A stretch of DNA of 63,765 bases, counting the filler, from Folioceros fuciformis (taxonomy: Eukaryota), in the NCBI GenBank assembly GCA_049999805.1. It is 3 parts of 3 records of this genome, joined end to end, with 100 filler letters (N's around TTAATTAATTAA, not from the genome) between each part and the next. Parts side by side here need not be neighbours in the genome. Positions count along the whole stretch, not along the records: positions 29,981 to 55,457 come from JBNGIO010006132.1; positions 55,558 to 63,765 come from JBNGIO010006133.1; 1 more part is not named here. One strand, 5' to 3'. Below are positions 53,048-63,765 of this stretch, piece by piece. Within the stretch, counting starts at the first letter, position 1, and every line of letters begins with the position of its first letter. The position numbers were made by a program, and so were the translations under genes. Below the pieces are notes generated by a model. The model had not been told where the DNA came from, did no database searches, and saw only the letters and a program-made list of their open reading frames with translations.

Positions 53048-54464
53048 GTTGCCATTGCTGATGTCACTTCGAGGTGCCCATCCTCTCGTGGACGTGCGTG
53101 CCTCCGGAGTCGCTTCCAGCGCCCGCTCTTGCTGTGCCCAGAGGTCCATGGGAGTGCTGTCTTCTCAGCTTTTGGCAGCTGTCTTTCAGTCGACTCTAGC
53201 TATCTCGTCCCCCGGTCACTATCTCGCCTCTAACTCCAGTCCTGTTTGGGCATTCATTTAACCATCTGGTCGTAAATGTGTACTGTGTCTATTTAAAACT
53301 GAGTCGAGTCACCCCCGGACTCCGCCCCATCCTCTCCGGGGCTATTATGATTAGTCTTGTCCCTCGTGACCGTATCCGCAAAATGATAAAGAGAATCTCC
53401 ACGTCGCCCACGCCTCAACTACTTACCCCCTAGTGTCGCCGTCAGCATCACCCATCCAGTGCCGACGCGTCCCAGCCCAGGCCCGGCGCAGCCCGGGCGT
53501 GCCATGGGACCTCGTGGCTCCCCCGGACCATACGCCCATCTTTCCGCGTCAGCTGGGTTAGAATTAACCAGAGAACCCCTGGCTATCCGTGCCGGATAGG
53601 CTACCCTCCCGGATAGGACAGGACAGGGCATTCTCCTGTCCTACCCGTTTGGCCGAAGAATGTCTACCGGGATGGGAAGGAGAGGCAAGTCTTCACTCCA
53701 TCCCCGCCCCCTGTTCTCAAAAACGCTGCCATACAAGGCTCATGTTGTGATTTTATGCCCATTCCCTTTGCTGGGCTTGCGATAGCAAACCAATTGTGAA
53801 GGGCTGTGAAACTCTTGTTGTTGCCCAGCCAGTGAAGTCTTGACAATGTGGATCAGAGAAAGTTGAAGGAAGTGTGTGTCATGCAAGGAGAAGAAAAGTG
53901 GGTTGTGTGATTGAGGCAAGCGGCAGGAATGTAGTGGTTGCATCACACACTGGTCCAAGGTGAGATATTTAGAGTGGAGATGGCCACTAAGCGCCGGATA
54001 GAAGCAGCTGTTTGGACAGGAGAGGCGGATAAAGTAGGCAGTGCCTCGATAAATCTGGCTAAGTATCCTTTTCCTAACAACCGACAAGCCAGATTCCCTC
54101 ATCCAGCGCGTCAGCACGGATTGCAACACGGTCCCACCTCCGGGGAGCACTCACTCGGGTTAGACCACGGTTGGGTCAGTATATATTTTTGCGCGGGCCT
54201 TGGTAGATTGCAAGCTTCCTTTTCCGCTTCGGCCCGTGACTCGTCCGACGGCCTGCGCGCTCTCGAGCTTATCTGCTCCTTTCACTGTGTTTGTGCGCGA
54301 CGGGAATTGTGACTTGCGAGCCTTGGGAAGGAGCAATCGCATCGGCACGGACGCTGCATTCGCAGCTGTGTCGGAGCTTGGATTTGGACTTGGGTGTGAG
54401 TCGGTTCGAGTGCTTGCGTCCCGGCTGTGGAACTGCGTTTTTCTTAGCTAGCTAGCCTGCCGGC

Positions 54465-55457
54465 ATGGGGCTTCTGGACAAGCTTTGGGACGATATCGTG
54501 GCCGGGCCTCAGCCTGAGCAGGGCCTGGGACGGCTGCGGAAGCAGAACTCGATGCGGCATGCGCCATCGGAAGGCGCAGGTCTCGCTTCTGCTCTTGCTT
54601 TCGTCGTCTTGCTTGCGCGGAAAGGTTCTTGCGGGGGTTTGGCGTGCCTGGTGTGGGGGAAGAGAATTGGCGCTCTCGTGGTCTGGAGGCTTTCGAGAGT
54701 GATTTGGACGTGCTCTGGTGTGGAACGGGACGGGAGCTGACGGGAGAGCGTTGTGAGTGCAGAATTGGACGAGACATCTGGGAGAATGATGGATCGGCGG
54801 CGCAGTGGAGACTTTCAGTACCAGCAGGACGAGGCTCGGCGCGTGACTCAGAGCATTGCGATTGCCAAGCCTCCGATGCTGCAGACTGCCTCGCAGGAGG
54901 AGGGAAGCGGATCTCTGCCTTCCACTCCCGTGGCGCAGAGTCCGGTCTCGTCTTGGTCGTCTCCAAGTAAGCATCCGATTCGACGTGTCTCTAGAGGCCT
55001 GCGTGTCGACAAAGAGGAAATTTGGAGTGAACGGCTTCTTACGTGGTGGCCTTGTGCCTGGTGAGCAGGTCCGAGGGATAGGGAGAATATCTGGCGGAGC
55101 GTTTTTCATCCTGGAAGCAATAAAGCTATGGATCGCGTGGGATCTGCGAAGTTCGACAAACACTCGCCTAACTCTCCCACGGTCTATGACTGGTAAGTGC
55201 GCTGACCTCTTGTTTGCGCGCTTCTGAGTCTCTTCTTCCTCCTGCTCCAAGGTGAGGTGCATGATGATTGATTTTTAGTTAGTAAGCGATTGAGCCTGGC
55301 AACCGTGGTTTGGGACTGGGGAAACAATTGAGTCGTAACGTGAGCGTGAGGTATCTATCAGCTTTGGAAGTCTCTTTTCGAAAGCTGCTACTTGAACCCG
55401 AACAAACACCATGCTAAACCTTTAGGTGCAACCATTGCTGGACTGCATTGCAGGGTA
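54465..55457 (+). CDS. Dormancy/auxin-repressed protein (DRM1/ARP family), 3' end in the gap
   Basis: [38 protein letters not shown]...[12 protein letters not shown]. Confidence 0.92.
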
Positions 55458-55557
55458 NNNNNNNNNNNNNNNNNNNNNNNNNNNNNNNNNNNNNNNNNNN
55501 NTTAATTAATTAANNNNNNNNNNNNNNNNNNNNNNNNNNNNNNNNNNNNNNNNNNNN
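55458..55557. other. Artificial contig-join spacer
   Basis: N run with a central TTAATTAATTAA. Confidence 0.95.
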
Positions 55558-55662
55558 TGGAGGCCAGCAACAGCCAGTAGAAGCCTGAAGGTACTGTGGG
55601 TACAACTGAAGCAATGTGTGGTGTCCCAGCGAGAGTCACTTCCCTAGGCCTGGTGTTGTCAA

Positions 55663-58023
55663 TTGCAGCACAGCACCTCACTGTTTTTGCCAAGCACCAG
55701 CTGTAGGTGTAACAGGGGTGCATGGGGTATGCAACCAGATCAGCAAGAGGCCAGCCTACGTTACCGATTGAGGAGTCGAGACATTCCTATCAGGGTATCA
55801 CCGGAGCGTGCACAACGGAGGAGAAGATGGGCAGCTCGACGACGCCAACTTGCAAGTGAAGAAGACTTGAGAGAGGACTTGGAACTAGCAACATCCGTTG
55901 GGCAACCCAGCTGGTCACCCCTCTTAGACTTGGGCAAGATTGTTGTGCTAACTAGCTCAAATTTAGGGGGTCAGCTAGTTTGTGACGAGGAACCTGAACA
56001 ACAAGGGTCTCTCTATTCACAGCAATCATTTGTGAGGTCACAGCAGACACATCCAGGGTTTGCTGGGTCTGTCCTTGGTGTAGGGCAAGGCCTGGGTGAC
56101 TTGTCTGAAGGGTCAGACACCATGGAGGGTGGTTCATCAGGGTTTAGGCCTGAGAAATTCTCAGGCAGACCAAGCACCCAATCCTTAAGGGACTTCCGCT
56201 TGTTCATCAATGCAGTCATCAGCAGGGTGAAGTTCAAACATGGTGCTGCCTACAACCACCAGTACATGTTTGAACAGTTGTCCAGCTACTTAGGAGATGA
56301 GGCATTGGATTTGTACGAGGCTCACCAGGCTGAGCTATCGGGCACAATTGCCACTCCTAACCCAGCCCATCATTCGGCTCTACAGTTGGCATATAATGCC
56401 AAACTGGCAGCAGCCATTAATGACCATCAGGTTGAGATTGTAGCCAAGACCATCTCCGCCACCACACCACCTCCAACGGTGGTGAATTTGACACTAGCAG
56501 AGCGGGCTACTGCCACAGCTGGTGTGCAAGAGTTTCTACACACTTGCAAGTACCTGAACCCAGTGGAGGAGTTCCTAGCTATTTTAGAGAGGGCATTCCC
56601 ACTGAAGACCCCAGAGAAAATTGCAGAACTTGCTGCCTTTGCTCGCAAAAAGGGGGAGACAGTCCAGATGTGCTTCAGGAGGCTACAGAAATTGAGGGAA
56701 GGTACAGGGATGTTAACAAATCAGGAAGCAGCGCAAAGGTTTTTGACTGCACTTGAAGGAGACCCGTTGTTTCATTTCCAGCTGGTTACATCCTTGGTGG
56801 ACAAATATGGGGACAAGTATACTTTGGAGCAAGTGCATGAAGAAGCTGAGAAGAAGGAGGTAGCCTTTTCGGCCTATGCCTCTCGGCATTCCAAGGCCTT
56901 CACGCACTACCAGTCCATGTTCTCTAGCAAGGGGGCAGCTAACACAGGTGCAGGAGCCAAGGCTGGTCAGATTAAGCCAGTTAAGGTAGCTTCAGCAGCA
57001 GCTCCAACGGCAGCAGTGGTAGCCATGTGTAACCATTGTGGCAGCCCTGAGCACATGTCCCCTGCATGCAAGTGTCCTCCGGAGGGACTCTACTGCACCC
57101 ATTGCCAGAAGAATGGACACGTGGTTACTGTGTGCTTCCAAAAGCACCCCGAACGAAGATACCAGAAGATTGGTACCGTAGGGTTTGCAGGAGCCACAAT
57201 TGCTAGTGTGGAAGCAGGAGGAACTAGGAGCGTTGTTGGGTTGTCCCGCAGTAAGCAGCAGCGTGACAAGGCCAAGGCTAAGGCAGCCGCCACTGCTGAC
57301 AAGGTCAGCTCCCTTGAGGCTTCCATGGCTGCCATGACAGCTCAACTTGGAGTCTTGACAGCCAACCTGTCCAGCATCACCGGCTCTTCCAAACCAGCCA
57401 ATGTGGTGAAGTTGGTACCAGGACCAGAGGATGAGGATTATGGCCCAGCACACCAAGTATGTATGGTTGACAGAATTGGTGAGAGCAGCATGGAGGTGGA
57501 GTTGCCAGCCACATGGGTGGGGCAGAATTTACAGGTGGTCATGGGAACAACAGCACCTGCCTTAGGGCCTATCACCAGGAATCGAGGGGCTAGGGCTACC
57601 ATGCCAAAGTCCTTTGCCCCGCTGCCACCGGGGTCTGCAATTCTGGTACGAGGCCAGGAGCACTCAACGCTGCGTGTGGAACAGCTGCCCACGAGTAGAA
57701 CACCTGGCCATAGCATGCCAACACCAGAGCATGTGTATCTCTTACCCCAAACCACCACAGTCACACAACTGGCTGCCAAGCTAACTCAGGTGCCAGTTTT
57801 CACACTGCAGGACATGGGCATCACGACCAGCAGGCTGAAGGAAGTTCTTCAAACTGCTGAAGCCACGGCTGCATCTGCTGACCCTAGCCTGGGTACAGCG
57901 TACACTTCACAATGGGTGCTGCCAATAGCGATGTCACACTCTACAGGTGGGCAGACAACACCAAGTCACTGCAATGGCTCTTACACTGTACAGCTAGTTG
58001 AGGGAGTTGACAGCCAACCGTGA
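55663..58023 (+). CDS. gag: Gag-like polyprotein with two CCHC zinc knuckles
   Basis: FRPEKFSG, RKKGETVQMCFRRL, CNHCGSPEHMSPAC, CTHCQKNGHVVTVC; ends in a TGA in frame with pol. Confidence 0.8.
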   Translation: MQHSTSLFLPSTSCRCNRGAWGMQPDQQEASLRYRLRSRDIPIRVSPERAQRRRRWAARRRQLASEEDLREDLELATSVGQPSWSPLLDLGKIVVLTSSNLGGQLVCDEEPEQQGSLYSQQSFVRSQQTHPGFAGSVLGVGQGLGDLSEGSDTMEGGSSGFRPEKFSGRPSTQSLRDFRLFINAVISRVKFKHGAAYNHQYMFEQLSSYLGDEALDLYEAHQAELSGTIATPNPAHHSALQLAYNAKLAAAINDHQVEIVAKTISATTPPPTVVNLTLAERATATAGVQEFLHTCKYLNPVEEFLAILERAFPLKTPEKIAELAAFARKKGETVQMCFRRLQKLREGTGMLTNQEAAQRFLTALEGDPLFHFQLVTSLVDKYGDKYTLEQVHEEAEKKEVAFSAYASRHSKAFTHYQSMFSSKGAANTGAGAKAGQIKPVKVASAAAPTAAVVAMCNHCGSPEHMSPACKCPPEGLYCTHCQKNGHVVTVCFQKHPERRYQKIGTVGFAGATIASVEAGGTRSVVGLSRSKQQRDKAKAKAAATADKVSSLEASMAAMTAQLGVLTANLSSITGSSKPANVVKLVPGPEDEDYGPAHQVCMVDRIGESSMEVELPATWVGQNLQVVMGTTAPALGPITRNRGARATMPKSFAPLPPGSAILVRGQEHSTLRVEQLPTSRTPGHSMPTPEHVYLLPQTTTVTQLAAKLTQVPVFTLQDMGITTSRLKEVLQTAEATAASADPSLGTAYTSQWVLPIAMSHSTGGQTTPSHCNGSYTVQLVEGVDSQP

Positions 58024-58440
58024 GTGCAGTCCACCAATCGACTGCAAGCTCGTGTCAGCAATGCAGTTGTTGACAATCGTTGTGGGCACGTCACAATCAA
58101 TGGGTATGCACCCAGAGTGGTGTTGCTAGACACGGGAGCCCAACCAGTACTCGTTGGGAAGATTCTAGCTGCAAGGTTGCATCTTCAGGGTGATGCATTG
58201 CATACCTCGCCTTGGAACATCAGGACGGCATCCGGGGCTATTGAACCAGTCTGTGGTGAGACAGTCCAACCCCTGGACATCACCTTGAACTCGGGCACGC
58301 CAGATGCCATGACATTGTCCTTGCCCTGCCTGGTAACCACAGCCACCAACTATGATTTGCTGTTGGGGCAAGAGTTCCTCTTTCCACCAGGAGTTGGTGT
58401 GGATAACTGGACTGAGCAAGCCTTCTATAGGCCTGACTGG
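58024..58440 (+). CDS. Retropepsin-like aspartic protease domain of pol
   Basis: VLLDTGA, IRTASG, YDLLLGQEFL. Confidence 0.88.
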
Positions 58441-58809
58441 AAGCAAGGAGGTCGTCGCATTGCACATCTGCCATTAGATTTGCATGGCCAGGTGGAGGTT
58501 GATGTAGCCACTTTGGTGAAAAGCCCGGCTGTAGTTGGTATCAAAAGTAGCAATGTGGTGGAGCTTGTCCAAGACACATACCAAGTGGACAAGCATCTAG
58601 AGACCAATGTTGCAGAGGCCCAAGTGAGGTGTACTAGTTTGCAGCAAGCTCTAGTTCAGCCTGACTGTCCAGAGCAGGCAAAGGCATTGCTGACCAAGGC
58701 ACAAGAGCAGGTCAGCAAGGTGCAACAATTGTTGGAGGCCGGGACCCTATCATCTTGTCCCACATCTTATGTGGACAATACTGTCATCATATGGGCACCG
58801 GCTGCGCTA

Positions 58810-59745
58810 GCCCTTACAGTCGTTGAACTGTTTGGTGGTATTTGTACCGGGTTAGAAGCTTTGCTCTTGACAGGTTTGAGCATTCAAAGGTACCTTTACT
58901 GTGACAAAGACCCCGTTGCCAGGCAAATTGCTGCATTTCGGCTGCAGGGTCTACAACATCGTTTCCCACAGCAATTGTCAGCTGAGGCTTTGGCTAATAC
59001 ATTCACGTCCTTACCTCAGGACGTCCAGTATATACAGCAGGGCCACATCCAAGCCTTGGGCCCCATCTACATGGTCATAGCTGGCTGGGAATGCCAAGGA
59101 TTCTCTCAAGCTGGGGTAGGTGCAGGGTTGACAGATCCACGTTCTGGTCTGTTTAGAGATCTCCAACAAATCTTGGCATGGGCACAAGATAGTAACTCTC
59201 AATGTGCATACCTGCTCGAGAACATACCAACCCAGTTTGATACCCGGCCACAGGTGCAGCAGGATATGGCCATTGTGCGACATTTTGCAGGGCCACCATT
59301 CCTCATGGATGCTGTGCAGGTGGGTAGCTATGCCCACAGGCTTCGTAACTACTGGACCAATTTGGTCCATGTCTCCGTGTTGGACTTGGCTCTCTGGAAC
59401 ACTAGCAGGGATCCAGGGCTGCAACTTTGTACTGTATTGGAGAACTACCACCAGCCACGACCTGTGGTGGCCAGTGAGAAAGCCCCTTGGTTCAAGACCA
59501 ACATTCCAGGTCAGCCAAGGCAGACGTTGCCCACGCTGGTCAGCTTTCCGGGTTCATTTGCTTACAGAGGAGAAGGACCTGGCTTATTATTGAATACTGA
59601 AACGCAACGGTGGGAAGAACCAACAGTTGAGGAGCGAGAGCGACTCATGGGTTTTCAAACCCATAGTACAGCGGCCCCCACTGTCACCAATCGGCAGCGC
59701 AAGGGCACTCTAGGACGAGCCATGGACCTCCATGCCATCACATGG
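58810..59745 (+). CDS. C5 cytosine DNA methyltransferase domain embedded in pol
   Basis: Motif I VELFGGICTG, II YCDKD, III DVQYI, IV AGWECQGFS, V DPRSGLF, VI LLENI, VIII AHRLRNYW, IX ERERLMGF, X LGRAMD. Confidence 0.88.
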
Positions 59746-59912
59746 TTGGTGAGTTTGTGCCTTGCCTTTCAGCTGCACACTCAGGTCACTCCCATGCTAC
59801 TCCCAGGCTTGTTTGCTAGCATCTGCCATGGAGATGCTGTTCACCTCCTATTCCCAGGATACACACAGCTGCCTTTCTGGCTAGATGCTGGGGGGGGGGG
59901 GAGTACGCAGTA

Positions 59913-62900
59913 TTGGCATCACGTACTGTTTACTCAGCATCTGATCAAGCCAAGGCAGAAAAGGAGGATCCAGGAGCTACACCCAAGCTGTCTGCTGTTA
60001 ATTTCCCGTGGAAAATGGGCTCAGAACTCAGTCTGAAGCAACAGGACCGCATTCGTAACTTGCTGCTTAGGTACAGGGACTGTTTTGCCTTTTCCATGCA
60101 TGAGCTCAAGAGGTGCAATGTCACAACCTTTCGCATCAACCTTACCACCCAAGAGCCTGTATACAGGCGACGGTATAGGTTGAGCAAGACGGAATGGGAC
60201 ATGGTGGATGCAAGATGCAAGGAGCTGTATGAGGCGAACCTAATACGTCCCTCTAACAGTGACTACGCTGCTGCCACTGTGATGCCACCCAAAAAGGACA
60301 GTCAGGGTTTGTGGACTGAGAAGAGGATGTGTGGCGACTATAGGCCCATCAATGCAGTAACTACCCAGGATCGGTACCCAATGCCAACACCAGAGGAGAT
60401 CTTTGACCGTCTTGGACAGTCTATGTTCTTCTCCACGCTGGACCTGCGACAAGGGTTTAACCAGGTCCCAGTGGCAGCTGAAGATATCAAGAAGACAGCC
60501 TTCCATGGTTCTCAACAGCTATGGGAATGGCTAGTGATGCCCTTTGGATTCAAGAATGCGCCAGTGACCTTTCAGCGCATCATGGACATAGTACTAGCTG
60601 GAGCCGGCTATCTCATGTGCTACATTGATGATGTGCTAGTCCACAGCATGGACTTCAAGGATCATTTGGTACACCTGGAAGACCTGTTTATAAGATTACG
60701 GAAGGCACAACTCACGTGCCACCCAGCCAAGTGTGAGTTTGGCATGAGCACTGTGGCGTATTTGGGTCACAGAATTGTCCCCAATGGTGTCACCCCACAT
60801 GCTGCCAAGGTTCAGGCAATTATGCAAGTTAAGGAACCGACCACCGTATCAGCCCTGCGTTCATTTCTAGGGTTATGCAATTACTATCGAGTAAACATAC
60901 CCAATTTCAGCAAGATTGCCAAGCCTCTTAATGATCTGTTGCGCAAGGATGTAGAGTGGACATGGGCAGAGCAGGCACAACAAGCTTTTGACACCTTAAA
61001 GCTGGAGCTAACAGTTGCACCAATGTTGGCCAGACCCAATTTTAACAAGCCCTTTGTAGTTCACACAAATTGGAGTAGTCTAGGGCTAGGGGCTGTGCTG
61101 GCTCAACAGGATGAAGCAGGTTGTGAGCGTGTGGTTGCTTACGCCTCGCGTAGCAACAATCGAGCTGAAGCCAACTATAGCAGCTACGAGGGTGAATGCC
61201 TCGCTGCTGTGTGGGCAGTGTGCCACTTCAGACCATATTTATATGGTCAGAAGTTCACACTCGTGATAGACCATCAACCACTCAAGTGGCTGATGACCAA
61301 CACCAAGCTCAGTGGCAAACTCGCACGTTGGGCCATGATCCTTCAAGATTACGAATTCCCGGTTGAACATCGGCTAGGAGTGAAGCACCAGAATGCTGAT
61401 ACCTTGTCACGAAATCCTGACAGCAGTTGTGTGGATACCACTGGCGCTTGCCAAGATGAAGAGTACAGCACAATGCTTGCCGTATCGGCTCTGGTGGCCA
61501 TGACTTGCTTGGGACAGGTGCCTGTAGGTGCAGCTCAGCAATCCTCCAAGGATATTTGGGAGGATCCAGCTACCCTTCAGTATGTGCAGACAGGTAGAGA
61601 GGACCCCACTTGGACCGCGGCCACAAGGGAACGAGTTCACCAACGGGCTACCAAGTATTGTTGGCGGGACGGACATCTCATCCGTCAACAGGCTCAAGGA
61701 GTGGAGCGATTGGTACCCCCACCAGCAGATCGTGCTGCCCTCATCAAAAGGGTGCATGATGACATGGGTCATTTTGGGGTCAAACGCACCTACAGCCTGT
61801 TGACTCCCTATTTCTACTGGAATCGAATGCATGAACAAGTGAAGGAACGAGTAGCCTGTTGCGAGCAATGCGACCGTGTCAAGGCTTCCTTCACCATGCA
61901 GCACCCAGAGCTGCACCCTTTGCCCATCATGGGTTTATTCTTCAGATGGTCATGCGACCTGATGGGTGAGCTCCCGTAGTCTCCACGAGGCAACCTGTAT
62001 GCGATGATCATGATGGAACACTTCAGCAAGTGGGTGGAGGTAGTGGCCCTGCCAGACAAGACCTCTAGGAGTACCTCACAAGCCTTCCTACAATGTGTGC
62101 TCAGTAGGTTTGGTGGCTGCGCAGAGTGTCTCACAGATCAGGGTTCTGAGTTTCGAGGAGAATTCCAGGATCTAATGGATGCAGCCCTTATTGACCACAG
62201 GAGAACTAGCCGGGACCACCCGCAGGCTGATGGCTTAGCCGAGCGCATGGTCCAGACTATGAAGAAGGGGCATCGCAAGCTGTGTCTCCGACAACCCAAA
62301 ACAGATTGGGATCTCATGCTTCCATATATTGCAATGGGCTACCGCATGAGCAAGCATGCTGCCCTTGCCCATTTTTCCCCTTACTTCCTCTTGTTTGGCA
62401 GAGAACCAATTCCACCTAGTTCTATAGCCAAACAAATGCTAGAAGTTGTCAAGCTGGATGATGCAGCTACATGGGCACGTGTGATAGGGAACAGGGCAGC
62501 CTTGTTCAAATAGGCCATGCCCATGACCATGGCTAACTTGCACATTGCCCAGCATAGGGATACCCTTCGTTATGCACACACCAGGGGAGGCAGTTTTAGG
62601 CCCAAGCTTAGGAAGTTCCAGGTAGGAGACTTTGTTTACCTCCAGAGGTAGACCTCAGATACCCTGGACACTTCGAGCAGTCGGCATGTGTTACGGATTC
62701 AGGAGGTCAAGCCTAATGGCATCCTGGTATTGCAAGGCTCAAATGGTCAGATCACCACTGACCACACCAAGAATTGCGCACCTTGCCACTTGCCCAATCT
62801 TGATCCTTCTATTGTCACAGCATATTGGATTCCACCAGCGGACTACCCTTGTCAGGTTTGTCAACGCATAGATGATGCTGACCTCATGTTACTTTGTGAT

Positions 62901-63023
62901 GGCTGCAATGGGGGTTTCCACCTTTTCTACTTACAGCCACCACTTACCCATGTACCGGAGCAACTTTGGTATTGTCCCAAGTGCCAACCGAACGCAGCAG
63001 GTGTGACCAGCCCAGAAGTGTAG
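59913..63023 (+). pseudogene. pol: pol RT-RNaseH-integrase-PHD with three in-frame stops
   Basis: RMCGDYRPIN, LDLRQGF, MPFG, YIDD; VAYASR, DHQPL, NADTLSR; HDDMGH..CEQC, TDQGSEF, DGLAER; TAG at 61977, 62511 and 62649; PHD at 62850-62984. Confidence 0.92.
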
Positions 63024-63070
63024 CTCTTGTCGTGCTCTTCATGCTTTCAACCCGTCCATCAGCTGGGGGG

Positions 63071-63675
63071 GGAAGGCATGGACAATCTTTTTGTTCTCTT
63101 TTTCTTAGTGCACAAGACATTAGCCTTGCAGTTGATGGACTGAACTGAAGTGCTCACAACAGCTGATGCCAAGAGCACGACAGCTGTCGTGAAATTGTGG
63201 TAAAAATGGACTTATAGTAGAGCGTCATGGTGAACGTGATAGTTTAGTGGAATTCAGTTGATTAGATAATAGGTGATTAAACTAACTCAACCTAAATTAC
63301 GTAAATGGCTAAAATACTAGCCATGGCTACTTGCCCACTAGAAGCACGTGGGCTCATACAGCCCATGGGAAACGGCTTGGAGGGGCACCAAACAAAGAAA
63401 CCGAACACGGCGAGGAAAAAGGCAGTTGGTGCAGATTGAGGGTGTAAGGGAGATGGTGGCATCCCGCTAGTGACTGACCAACTCTGGGCAGCCCGACGAG
63501 GGCAGTCCCCTTTTTGCAGCTTTACGACACGGAGTGAGCTATGGCGCATGTGAGCAGCCTAACATCATGAAGGCATGGACAATCTTTTTGTTCTCTTTTT
63601 CTTAGTGCACAAGACATTAGCCTTGCAGCTGATGGACTGAACTGAAGTGCTCACAACAGCTGATGCCGGGAGCAA
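63071..63675. repeat. About 105-bp direct repeat pair downstream of pol
   Basis: GAAGGCATGGACAATCTTTTTG...ACAACAGCTGATGCC at about 63072 and 63570. Confidence 0.9.
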
Positions 63676-63765
63676 GACAGGAGACGCGCTCTCCTCAGAC
63701 CTTGAAGACGCCATGTTCTTTGAGGTGTTGAGCCTGTGCCCTATGAGCCTAGCCGCTATAAGGCA

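Larger units (their letters stand above)
55558..63072 (+). mobile_element. Ty3/Gypsy retrotransposon, order gag-PR-DNMT-RT-RH-IN-PHD (LTRs not delimited)
   Basis: Gypsy domain order with RT-RH before IN; see the component features. Confidence 0.93.

Noticed and set aside
53575-53650. Short hairpins (CTATCCG..CGGATAG, GGACAGG..CCTGTCC)
   Set aside because: Stems are short, with no TIR/TSD pair or recognisable ncRNA
54444-55262. 272-aa minus-strand ORF
   Set aside because: Antisense to the DRM1/ARP exons

Overview
Eukaryotic nuclear DNA from a compact, short-intron plant genome. A DRC2/CCDC65 axonemal gene implies flagellated sperm; a hornwort/bryophyte or lycophyte is my inference. Two N-TTAATTAATTAA-N spacers (29881-29980, 55458-55557) show the window joins three contigs. 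Contig 1 is a dense gene block: DUF4220/DUF594, NOP56, Elongin-B-like, NifU-domain, DUF538, TIC20, a GT4 glycosyltransferase, MED21, DRC2 and a GDSL lipase. Contig 2 carries decayed genes (TORNADO1-like LRR-ROC-COR, COX10, a SANT protein, PPR/DYW fragments), an intact ING, a complete 3.7-kb PIF/Harbinger transposon with TIRs and an ATT target duplication, then SMG9, RPN10 and DRM1/ARP. Contig 3 is the highlight: a Ty3/Gypsy retrotransposon whose pol carries a full C5-cytosine DNA methyltransferase domain between protease and RT plus a PHD finger after the integrase, i.e. an element with its own epigenetic writer and reader. All family calls are from motif recognition by eye; no searches were run.
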